NCBI GenBank assembly: GCA_964036045.1
Contig: OZ038379.1
Span: forward strand, 27,156,001-27,220,000
Reading direction: 5' to 3'
From: Eutreptiella sp. 'Long Island Sound 2002'
Lineage: Eukaryota > Protista > Euglenida
DNA length: 64,000 nucleotides
Part shown: positions 43,518-55,039 of the stretch, one piece after another
Numbering within the stretch: the first letter of the stretch is position 1
Layout: every line of letters starts with the position of its first letter
Notes under the pieces: model-generated
The model's database searches: none
Told to the model about the DNA's origin: nothing
What the model saw: only the letters and a program-made list of their open reading frames with translations
Program-made: the position numbers and the translations under genes

Positions 43518-46516
43518 GTGCCACATAGAATTCGGCCGGTGGTGGTGACTTTTTTGCTCGCCTACAAAGCTCTTCACAACAAGAAATTTGGATTGCACAA
43601 ACTTGAGTACTTCAAAGAACACGGATTTGTTGCCAAGAAGGATGTTTTTTACCATGGGTCAACGGTTATCCGCCAATTTTTGGAAGAAGATTCACAACAG
43701 AAAATTCACAATGCGAAATACTCGGTGAAAATTGACTTGCTCAAAAATGCGCTACGTGAACGGCAAACACATTGTGATGCGAAGTTCAAAGATACTCAAG
43801 AAGCACTCAATGCATACTTCACCAAAGCACAAACCATGCATGGACGTTGCGCACAAAGTGGTGTTTTGGCACCCTTTGACTTTGCGGCACAACGAGGACA
43901 AGTTGTTTAATGCATCACTCGTGCTACAAGTGACGTGACCGCCTCTCACGCACTCCGTTGCAAAAAATGGAACGAGCTTCAATTGAAAAAGAAGTGCGAA
44001 ACCGAAATCCGCATCAATAAACAAACTATCTTTCGTGAGGCATTGGATGAGGACGCGGAACGAGAAAAGGATCTATCCGATCAATTATCCGACATCCGGC
44101 TTTTGTTGCAGCATTTAAAACTACCCCGTGCATCTAATTCCAAGACCAAGAGACGAAAAGGTTTTTCATCTTCTCACTCTACGCGCCGTAGCTCTTCTAC
44201 TAGCCGCTCTTCTTGGAGTTCCTCTTCACACCGCTCGCGCAAAACGGGATCTTCTAGTTCTTCACGCTCGGCGAGCACTCCGAGATCGGCATGCGGCTCT
44301 CATGCTTCAAAAGTGGGGTTTCAAGTACCTCCAAAAGCCTCCGGGCGCGGTCGGAAGAGAAGCAATTCGGGGACGAACACAACGCGTGCCCGCCGCCCAA
44401 GAAGTCATTGAGTTGCCTTCGCCGAAAGAAGGCATATGATGGACGCCGCTGTTTCTTAAAGACGCATGCTTCCCATAATCTTGAGACACCACACGTTTTC
44501 CCTCCATTCATGCCTAAACCATTCGTGCCAACCACGTTACACGGTGATACGACGGCGTCAAACATTCCGCCGTACCTTTCCTTTGTTCTATCCTACGGTG
44601 GGAAACTCACGCCCTTTACGCCCGCATCGAAAACATTGAAAGTATGGAGACTCCATACACAAACCGAAACACACCGGTTGGGAAAAGTGCTATTGTGGTC
44701 ATTGTTTCATACCAAACACCCCAAAGAGAATTTTTTCGACACCTTCCCTCACAAGGCGTTGCTCAAAGCTTCCGGTGTGGCGCCACCTAAGGTTGTGCTT
44801 GACAAATTGGGTGCCGATGGTTTGTTTGTGACAAGTAAGGTGTGTGAGTTTCAAGATTTATGCCGGTTCGCCCTCTCCGATATCGATACGAATGATGTGC
44901 CGGTGCACGGGGTATGTTGGACGCCATATAAATTAGAAAAATATTTCGCCGAACATTGTGTGGTGGCTTGCGACAAAGATGGTGGTCACATCACAATGTC
45001 ACTTGATGCATATTGCTTGGAACAAAAGGCACACATGGTGGGCTTACACACTTGTGGTCGGCCGGTTTATGAAAAGTTGAGTCTCCCCTCTCTTCTTTCT
45101 CAAAAACATTGGCTTGCTCAGGGGAACAAATGGATGCATGTCGCTAGGGACCTAATTCTAAGTACGGCACCCGAGACACTCCAAAAGCCTCTCATGACTT
45201 TTATGGACTTGTTTTCGGTGGGTAAGCTCCCGGTTTTCTATTTATTGGCTAAAAGCCACAAGGGAACCACACTCATTGACGATAGGTGGCCAAGTAGACC
45301 GGTGGTCGGCCTTTGGCGTTGGTCCACCACATTCCGCTCCGTGCTATTTTCCACATTAGGGGCCATGCTCCTTAAGATGGACCGCGCCATTGACTCACTC
45401 AAGTCCCCTCTCATTGACTGACTCGATTTTGTACACCGGCTCCCATCATGGTCCACACGGATGGACGTTGAAGAGTTGAGATTTACGTCCATTGATTTCT
45501 CGGCACTTTACACTAATTTCATGTGGACCGACGTAGCCAGCGCCTCGATTTTTGGCGATCGTACCTTTTGAGCCGTTTGAACCTTGATCTTTTGTCTCCT
45601 AATGAGGTCTTATTCGCGACATGGCTTTTGTCACCTATAAGTCATTCGGACTTCACACCTTTGGTTGATTATTGGCCCTACCTCTCCATCCCCCATTCTG
45701 CTGATTTGAGCATTGGGTTCGTTCTTTTTAATTTCGCGTGGAACCACAACGTGTTCCACGCGCCTACGGAAGGCATTTTTAGACAAGTATACGGATTTTC
45801 GATGGGGACCAATTGCGCGGCCCCGTGGGCCAACTTGATCTTACGCTACTATGAAAAGACAAGATGCTTTGATGCAGCGTATTGCCCGAGGCTTTGGTTG
45901 TCTCGCTTTATTGACGAAGTTTGTTTGGTGCACCCATCTTCATTCTCCGCCCACGTGATTGCCTATTTGAAAACAGTGTACCCAGCTCACCTCCGTTTCA
46001 CTATAGATGTAGGCGGAACACAGGGAGGCTTCAATTTTCTTGATGTTCGTGATTCATGTGCGCCGGGGCTAGATTTTCGGTGAATGCGTCCGATATTTAG
46101 GGCTGAATTCACATGCGGCATTCTCTTCTCTTTGCCTTCGCCACCTCCGACTTGCTTTGGTCCGCTTAGGCTACCCCTCTTCTTGGTTCTCCCCCTTTCC
46201 GGTCACGTGGTTTTCTCGACATTCGTACATGCACCGGAAGATGCGACCACCGAGGGAAGTGGTGCACGTTTTTCGGGTATGTTACAATGGGGCCGTACGG
46301 ATGAATTGGGGAAACCCGGTTAAATGTCTATTGTATAGTCTACGCCGCCTCATGCCATCGCTCCGCTTGTTTTGCATCATGCAACCGTCTATGAATTTAC
46401 GCAGGCGCTTTCATGGCGCCAAGATTCGTTCCCTTCTCGCTCTTGAGCGCCGAATATTGCATCATGTGGACACACTTGAGATGCCTACACAAGACCTGCT
46501 CCTCAATTTGCACTGA
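43518..46516 (+). mobile_element. Penelope-like element (PLE) reverse transcriptase ORF, disrupted by a few stops/frameshifts, no GIY-YIG seen
   Basis: PLE RT motifs VVACDKDGG (~44959), FYLLAKSHK..RPVV (~45236-45310), SIDFSALYTN (~45488), GFSMGTNCAAPWANL (~45792), LSRFIDE (~45898-45918), FNFLDV (~46030) and LGYPSSW (~46163). An N-terminal basic/coiled-coil region at 43518-44411 has one in-frame TAA (43908). Confidence 0.88.
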
Positions 46517-46560
46517 TGCTTTTTGACCTCCTGATGGGTGTGGATGGTGGGACCAAAATC

Positions 46561-46895
46561 TTCGAAAATTTCAGGCTGTATTTGTTTCGATATATTTTGG
46601 ATCAGGAGTCACACACGAGGACGGACGCGCGCCCACAGCGCGCTCCACGGCGCTAGTCACCATCGCTTCTTGTTTCTATTTTTTGTCACCTTTGTGTGCT
46701 TGATTGATTTCTCAGTCCATTGGTGACATTTTGCTTATTGTTCGCACGTTCAAAATTGATGAGGGGCAGCTGTGCCCGAAACATGTATTGATTTCACATC
46801 TGCTTTTCTTTGCACGTGGAGCCCTCTTGAATTTCACCGGTTGACCTAGAGGAGACCTTCAGTCACACCAATGGCAAATTACACAGCGTTCAAAA
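46561..46895 (+). repeat. Repeat A, right copy (PLE 3' end / pseudo-LTR candidate)
   Basis: Lies directly 3' of the PLE ORF; inverted match to 42462-42795. Confidence 0.93.
46752..46791 (+). ncRNA. Minimal type-I hammerhead-ribozyme-like motif (right copy)
   Basis: TTGATGA (46756-46762; C3->U variant of CUGAUGA), stem II GGG(G)CA-GCTG-TGCCC (46763-46777), GAAA (46778-46781), palindromic ACATGT stem III and a putative GUA cleavage triplet (46785-46787). Stem I is weak/bulged. Confidence 0.45.
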
Positions 46896-47100
46896 GGGCT
46901 AGCAAGGGTGCAGGGGAACGAGTAGGGGGACGAACAGGGATCAGAACGCAGACAGAGCAGGCCACCAAAGTGCCAGCAATGATGCACCTCTGGCTGTACA
47001 TACTGAATTCCATGCACCTTCGGAACATTGCAGTGGCTACGATCCCAGCTTTGCGGGGCTGAGGGGAGTAGTGAAAAACCTCGAGTGAGACCAACGGCAT
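46896..47100. mobile_element. 205-bp insertion flanked by an 18-bp target-site duplication
   Basis: attacacagcgttcaaaa at 46878-46895 and 47101-47118. The left copy of repeat A (42450-42482, minus) shows the uninterrupted state. Confidence 0.85.
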
Positions 47101-47130
47101 ATTACACAGCGTTCAAAATTTCATTTTGCC

Positions 47131-47588
47131 GATCTGTGGAGACTGCAACTCGACGGCACAAGGGATTCGGACCCTTTCTTCAGTGTCACCTTCACCATCT
47201 TCGCCACCACACAGCAACGGTTCGTCTTGCGAGGAAAACCCTGCTCATTCGGGAAGTTGGTGCTCGGCTTTTCCCAACAACGACAGCGCAAGCGTCGTCA
47301 GCCGGTTCTGGACACACACACTTTGCCCCGCAATGATGGCAGACACTTTCGCCGGCCTCTAACCCTCCTCATCTCTGCATGTGTTCAGTGTCCTGCTGCG
47401 TAACGGGCCGGGTGGCACACCTTTGCTGCGCGCCGGTGAGTGCATACATGTGACGCCACTGAGGGCTGAACCTCCCTCTCTACATCCCCGCCTTGCGCGG
47501 TGGCCAGACTGCCATCATCGGCCCCGGTCGTAAGGGGGGGAACGCCTCCGGTGGGGTCTTGTGCTGCGTCTGTTGTGCCTTCCTAACC
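47131..47588 (+). repeat. Repeat B, right copy
   Basis: Inverted match to 42840-43296. Confidence 0.95.
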
Positions 47589-47699
47589 ACCTACCCTGTT
47601 GCATATGTTCTCAGTCTGCCATGCCTCCTTTGCCTGCATCTCTCACTGACCTCCGTGGCCGGTTCTTACGCCTGCTAGAGCGCTGAGCCACGCCTGCAG

Positions 47700-50600
47700 T
47701 CCCTGCTGTGTGCCTACACGACCGATGTCCCACTGCCTGCATTGCACGAGGCAATCGGGGCACTTGGTGACACCGCGGGAACCGCACCCGGCCACCTCTG
47801 TGACACTTGGCGCTGGCTCACACTGGAAGGGGAGCTCTCTGCTGTGAGTGACCTGCAAGTCAGGCTGATTACCAATGGTGTTCTGTTGACGGTCACTGCC
47901 GATGTTAAGACTTCCACCGGGGTATAGATCATTACCCACTGCCTGGCGGCCATGGCTCAATCGCTCACGCTCTTGGCATTCGCACAAACCGCAGACGCTA
48001 CCTCCCGGGAATTGCTCCTGAGATGGAACCCCTACTTCCGGCGGATTCACGGCAACTCGTTCTGGTCTAGGCTGCGGCAGTACCTCGGGCTCACGGAGGC
48101 ACATCAGTCGCCTGAGTTCTGGGGCACACAATATTCGAAGTTGGTGGCGGACCCCATTTTCCAGGGATTGCCGCCACAGCTACGATCACCATGGACACAG
48201 TGGCACAAGAAAGATGGACCGGGACAATGGGCGGTTATCCTCGACATGCTTGCTAGGCTTTCAACACCCCGCATGTGGCACCCGACGTCCCGCACCAGAT
48301 CTACCCTTACGTTCTCTGGTGGCAGCCGACCTGGTCACCACCTCGCAGCAGAAGTTCCCGGTGGGCTCTCCCGCTAACGTCAAAGTCTGCAAAGTCCCCG
48401 CTCAGCAAGCGCCGCGTGTGCTCGAAGCATCCACGCTGCTCCTCCGCGATGATGCAATGGCAGGCCAAGTGATGGATCTTGCGTCACCCCCATGGGCACC
48501 GGCTTCGGGTCTGGCCTTGCACCTGGCTTCAAGGTTGAGAGACCCTATGTTAGTGTGTTCCCCGCAGGAGTTCCTACGCGCCCCCCGTTTGCCGGAGCTG
48601 TCTTTGGCGGTGTGGACTACAGCCAGGGAAGCCGCTACCCCCGCAGAACTCGGCGGGTTCCTGGTGGATGATGCCCTTTCCCCTCCTTCAGCCATTCCAC
48701 GGCCCGCACAACGAAAGAGGTTGTGGACAAGTTGGTGAACGGGGACTCTGTGCCCATCGACGTGCTGTCGGAGTTGGAGGCGGCGGTTCGGCCGGGGCCT
48801 GCTATACAAGACGATGGGCAACTTCGAAAGCTGACCGAACAACATCGCCAAACGTGCGACACCCTGCAAGGGACGGAGGATGCTCTGCGTTCGGGGCGCC
48901 AAGACCTGGTCCATCAAAGGAAGATGCACGATGCTGCCACGGAGCGCCCGCAGTCCCACATTGACGACCTTCAAGTCCAAGTCACCAAGTTGGTGCAGAC
49001 CCTGGATCGCAACCGCACTGCCACGGAAGGAGCGGGTACGGTGGACACGCGCATCCAGACGGCTGCGAAGACCCGGTTTTCTCCCGTCGCAAATTTCCTC
49101 CCCCAAGCACGCAAGTTCCCGATGCCTTGCAGTCAGCTTTGGAGAAGCTCCGCCCTGCCAACTACCCACGGATTGACAAGCATCATGCGGCATGGTATCC
49201 GTCCCTGCCAATTCTTTTGACGGCTTGGGTAGCAAGGGGATCCCTAACCTTTCAAGACGTACAGTTTTTCTTTGCGCAGTTCGATTCCACGCTTGACATG
49301 CCTCCACCGGCTGCGACATCGGCGGCGAGGTCCCTCCGGGAATCTCCCATTGTGGATCCCACGGGCACTGACGAACCGGTGCCCTGAGCCTCGCCGATGC
49401 CCACAAGTGAGTGTGTGTCACTGGACGTCACGGTTCCGGTTAATCGCCAAGCAAGTTGCACTCCTGACGGTGTGCCCCCGGTGTTGAACGGGTTTCTCAC
49501 CTGGCTCAATACGGTGGACAACAAGAAAGTAGGGGGCCTTGTTTGTGCCTTTCATTTGGCCATGCAGCTGGCGGGGTGCGATGTGCCCAATTTTGTACAT
49601 GATTCACTACTGCGACAGCGGGAGCGCCTTCGGGCCTCCTTGCCGTTGAGACCCGCCGTCACCCAAGCGGTCGCAGACTTCATCAAGGCCCACCCGCAGG
49701 ATGACCCCTCGGTCGGCAGCCTGCCAGCACCCGGCAGTGTAGGCACAGAAATCCAATTAGTACACGGGCAGTTGAGGTTCTGGGGGGTGGGCTCATTCTA
49801 ATCCGGCGCAGTTTCCTGTGGGCTGCAATGTCCAATGGACTGCTGTCTCAGACCTCCCTTCCCGACCCATGTGTGCGAGAGTGCTGGCCGGCTTTCTGCG
49901 CTCCCATTTTCACGATAACTTTTGCACCGTGCTGGATGAGTATGTCCGGGCGGAAGTTTCCTTTGCTAACCTGGGGGTTCACAAAGAGGCTCAAGCGTTG
50001 GTGGAGCAAGGAGGTACAGTCACAAGGGGGGGTTGCAGAGTTCATTGGCAGAAGTCCTACAGACGGCCCTGGACCCGCTTCACCAGGGGGAACCGAGGTT
50101 CTGCGCATCGGTCCGCCCCGGGCGCGGCCGCCGCGCCCGCGCCCCGTGCAAGTGGGGCGGCTGCGGCGCCTCCCGCCCCCGCCCCTCAACCCACGAGTGG
50201 CTCTAATGACGGAGACCGACGCCGGCACCAACGGTCTCGCTCAGGGACAAGAGAACGTTCCCGCTCCCCTTCCAGGGAGCGCCGGCCCTGCCGGCATGGC
50301 GGGCCGCGCCGGTCCAGGTCCCGGTCCCCACCGTCGCTGTGGCCACGGCACGTGGATTCTTACTATGGAGATCAGTACCTGTGCAACCCCCTGACTTCCC
50401 CCACAGGGCCGCCCTTTCAATACGGGGCAGCCTACGGGTACCTGCCGGCACACAGTGGTGTGGCCACGCCCCCGCGTATCAGTTACTCCCCCCCGCGTTG
50501 GGACATAGCTTGCTCCCTTCACTGGGAAACGGGCAAACCACGTAGCCAAGTCCGGCCGGCACCCCACAATCGTGACCTCGGACACGGTTGACCAATTTTT

Positions 50601-53600
50601 GCGTCCCCAAGAACCGCCAGGTTCCCTCAGACCTGTAGCGGCGTGTGTGCTACAATTACCCCCTAAGGCGCGCAGCTAGCAGTGGGGGTACGTGCTCGAC
50701 CGACACTAGCTGGTAGGACACGTGGTGCTCCCCCTCACTTTGGCCTCACTGGTGCCAGCACCGGGGGCTCTGACCAATGTCACTCTTGTTGGCACGCGCT
50801 TTGATTACACTGGTTTACGTGCGCAATGGAGCTCACATTGTGTGGTGTATCTGCTGTTCAGTCAAGCGGTGGCACGTCGACAAGACCGTTTTGCGCCAGA
50901 GCGGGCCTTCCCGTTGGAATGTGCTACCTCCTCTTTGAAATTTTTTCCAGAGCCAAACCCGCCATGCGCCAGTTACCACGGGGTCTCTCACCCTTCTGTT
51001 GACGGTACTCAACCCGATTACCCTTAGACGCTTTTTGCAAAAATTAGGTGGCCCACTGCACGGGTCTCTACGCCAGTTGCAGGTGGCCTTGTCTTCCTTG
51101 CAGAGATTGGAAAGCCATTCTCACCGGGAGTCTCCGGTCCTTGCGGCCATGCCGGTTGGGTTTGACTTGCTCACACTAAATGTGGAACACACCGTCAAGA
51201 CCAAAGTGGTAGCTTTACGGCAGTTACTTCAGTGGACTGAATACCCGGTGGTGGTTCTTTTGCAAGAAACAAGGGTACCGCCCCCTCAGTTTGTTTTTCA
51301 CTGTTTGTATTGGCACACTTTTACAAAAGTCACCTCCTCTTCTGCCGCCGGCCATCCTGGTGCGTCGTGATTCCCACTTTCACGTCGGCGATTTCATGCA
51401 CCACCCACAAGGCGGAGCCCTCATATTAGAACCTGTCTACAAGGGCGTGCCGATGTAGGTCGTCAATGTGTATATGTCTGCCAAAGGCATGGCCAAGGAG
51501 TATCGCCCGTTACTGCACTGGCTACGTGCTAATGTCGCTCCACACTCACAGTTGGTCCTCATGGGGGGGAATTTCCAGTGCAACCCGGGGTGGTCGGCTG
51601 ATTATGTGTCTGTCAACACCGAGATCACCCCGGTGTTGTTTGAGTTTGTCAGTAATATGGCTCTGCATCCGTTCACCCATGGCATGTCTGGTCCCACATG
51701 GGTCAGTGCGGAGGGTTTCGTGGGTGCTTTGGACTTTTTCCTTAACCGTCGTGTCTCTCCGGACATCGGCACTGTCCGTCTAGAGAGTGAATCTGTCTTC
51801 CGTTAGACCACTATCCGGTGCGACTTAGCTTGTGCACTCTCCCGGCACTGGTGCTGCCAGGGAATCCCGCCTTTAGGGCGTTGTTCCGCCTGGGCACGGT
51901 AGTTTGCAAATGGCAACAGGAGACTTTCATGGATAGTTGCGCTGGCCTTCGTTCCCTCCCTCCGGCAGCCACGTCGGAGTCGTATCAGCATTTTGTCAAT
52001 GTCCTCACCACGGCTGCAAAGTCGGTTTTCGGACCACCGAACACCCCAGACACCGTCCCTGGCCTGGTGCTTGCAGCAGCACGGGTCCTACATGCGTTGC
52101 TCAAAGCGCACCGCCGCTGGTGGCTGACCGCACCCCTAGTCCGGAAAGTGGTTGCCGCCCGAAAAGCGGTCCGGCAAGCGTGGGAAGTGGTGGGACCGGA
52201 ACAGTCCCTGGAAGTTGTCCCCTTGGCCAGGCCTAGGGGGGTCAAAGGCCCCACCAAGTCGGACTACCATCGGCTCTTGCGAAAGCCCTACACGGCGTGC
52301 ATTGAGCCCGCCTATGTCAGTGGCTAGCCGGTCCCCCGGAAGTTCAAGCTGCGGTGGGTCTCGATCAGTTCCGCGCCCGTCACTTACGCTGCATTCTCCG
52401 CTGTACTCAAGAGGAAATTTGCGCTGTGGTACCATGGAGGGTAGCTGTCATGCCCTCTCTGGTGGTTACCATCGACTCTGTCAAAACTGTGTTGCGTAAG
52501 GCGCGGAAGTCCACATCTTTCCGCGATCCGATCGAATACTGCATGATTGAGTGGTTGCGTGACATGGAGTTACAGTGGGTGGTTGAGTTTTTGCAGAATC
52601 TGTCCACTGGAGTCCCGCTACGGGCTCTAGTTCATGGTGGCTTTTACGCTCTCCTTGCCAAAGTGCCGCGGGCCCATTGTCAATGCGCGCCCTCTTCTGA
52701 ATTTTACCACCATGTGGAAGCTGGTCGGGGCGCACATAGCCCACCAGTACGTGCCCCTCCTGGCTCGGGCAGGGGTGCTGCCATGCACCCAGTTCGCGTT
52801 GCATGCTTCTTCTAGTGTTGTGGATTTGCTTCGCGTGCTGCATAACTACATGTGGTTCCGTTTCTTTCGCCGGCAGCGTGTGTGTTTGGTAGTGGACGAT
52901 GTACGGCACGCATACTGGTCCGTTGTACACGACACTCTGCGATGGTTATTGAGACTTGCCGGTTTCCCAAATGAGGTTGTCGAGTTGCTTCTCCTTGCCA
53001 CCGCACACATCGGTGGTTCCAGTGGCGTCACGGAGGCGCTTGCCCGCTTGCTGGCGGGTGTAGCGCAAGGTTGCCTAGCGTCTGGCATGGTTTTTTGCGT
53101 AGTGGCGGAAGTGATCCCCTTTGTTGCGCTTCTCCGGGTGCCTCCATGTTGGGGCCTTGGTGGGCCGTTCAACCGGTTCGGATACATGGATGACACCACA
53201 TGGTGCATTGATTCGGACTCCGACCTTTCCCTGTTTGCGGAGAACCTGCAGCGCGCAGGACTCAAGACAAATCTTTTCTCTTCCGGCCCCAAGCAGCGTT
53301 TGGTAGTCGCCTATCGTGAAGGCTTTCAGGTTACTCTTCACCCGTTGCCCGTGCACATGGGTGGGTCGTGCATGCCAGTGCATCAGGGAGCTGGGTACGT
53401 GCGTATTGTTGGCCGGCATTTGTTCCCCCCACGTCTAACACCAGGTAGACAAAGTTAAGCTTTTTAGCGCCAGTTGTCGTGCCGCGAGGGACCTTGCCAT
53501 GGTTAGGCTTCCTTCAAACTACGCGGGCCAGATGTACAACGCCGTCGCCGGCTGCCAGCAGCGCTGGCAAGCACGGTTACGTCCTTCGACGTACAACTCC

Positions 53601-54700
53601 ATGCGAGTGGCGGACCAGGCTGCGGCGTCAGTGCTGCATGCGGTTACGGGATGGCATACCCTCTCATCGGCCCAATTTTTCAAACCCATGGCCTCCGGAT
53701 AGGTGGGGATCGAGCCGGCTGCAATGCCGTCATCATTCAATTTTTGCATATTTACCAGAAGCAGTTGCGCCACGCGAATGTCATGGTAAGGCGCACCACC
53801 TAGCACGGTCTGTATGAAGCCGTGCAACGCTTCCACCTGGACATGCCCTGTGTTCGCCGTGGCCTTTCCATGTGTTGCACAGTCCACAACACAGACCACG
53901 ACAGCTTTGTACACTACATGCACTTGCTCGGCTTTTGCAACAGCCTGCCTCTGGTCCGCCCTAAAATGGGGGTGAACCATGTCATGTGTCGGGCGGGACA
54001 CCCCTGGCAAGCCGCTGCCATCCATGAACGGATGGACATTCAGCCGGTTGGCCACTGGCGCCGTGGCAATGGGGCTTGGAAGACCTCCCCCCATGGCACG
54101 GAGTGTCGGTGCCTTTGCAACCGGTGCTGCTTCCTACGGTGTGTGCCTCACAATTGTGCTTTTATCACGTATGGTTCATGGTCCCCTCCCATTGCTGCGG
54201 AGGGGCTTTCGCGGTTGTTTGTTTGGACATCCTCACGTGGGTGGTCTACCCGGTTTCTGTCCCCTGTCACCTACACCACTCTTACGCAGTGGAAGTGTAT
54301 ATTTCCTGGGTGCTCTGCCGCGTCGGCACACTCTACTTGCCTCGGGAACAGCGGCTTGCGCAACAGCTCGTAGCCTTCCAGAAGGGTGAAGCTTCACAGA
54401 CTCCCTGTCCTACATACAGGCGCTCGGCAGCCGCCGTTCTGACGCGCTGGGCGAAGGGCTGATTGACCTCTTGCTATCCAACTGCATCAGGCTAGCCAGT
54501 CAGCTTCCCCCAGCCCAACATCTTTGCTCTCATCAGCAGGGCACTTTTCTAGACTCATTTTTAGATGATGTGGATGAGGCGGCCAAAGCGCAGGCATTGC
54601 GCTAGCCTCGCCCTGTCCCAACAAAGTATATCGCGGGCCTGCCAGTGGCACAGCCCGCCTTTGGGGTGCAGTGGCACGATGCTAGCACGGTACATTACCG
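47700..54700 (+). mobile_element. Degenerate full-length-type non-LTR retrotransposon: ORF1-like (coiled coil, RS-rich) region + APE endonuclease + RT + Cys-rich C-terminus
   Basis: Coiled-coil ORF 48723-49220 and RSRS-rich ORF 49818-50591. APE motifs LLTLNV (~51167), VVLLQET (~51250-51270), MGGNFQ (~51560), GALDFFL (~51722) and DHYPV (~51805). RT motifs RPLLNFTTMWK (~52688), VDDVRHAY (~52893), GVAQGC (53057) and GYMDD (53180-53194). Many frameshifts; ends approximate. Confidence 0.88.
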
Positions 54701-55039
54701 CCAACTGCGCGAGCTCTACGCGCAACAACAAGATGTGGTGTGACTACAATGTACATGTACAATGGTGCAATGGATGCCTCCCCTATGAGAAAGCATGGGT
54801 ACATGAATTCCATGTGCGGGCATTGCTGTGGATGGGTACGAGCAGATTTTTCCTTCGCTGCTGACAACCGCTTGCCATGGGGTGGAGAGGCAGTATATTA
54901 TCCCTCATCGAGGAAGCAGGAACAGTGGCGAGGCCTCAAAAACCAGAGACGTCAAGAGCGTGCTTGGATGGTTGGCTAACCCCTAGATGGGTGAAGCAAA
55001 GCAGCATAACTTCGCATCGCAGCACTCAACACACACCTC

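Noticed and set aside
42450-47588. DIRS/Ngaro (tyrosine recombinase) interpretation of the split inverted repeats
   Set aside because: The RT motifs are PLE-type (DK.G, FY.L.K.HK, SLYTN, MG...AP..AN, GYP) and no tyrosine recombinase or DIRS RNase H was seen.
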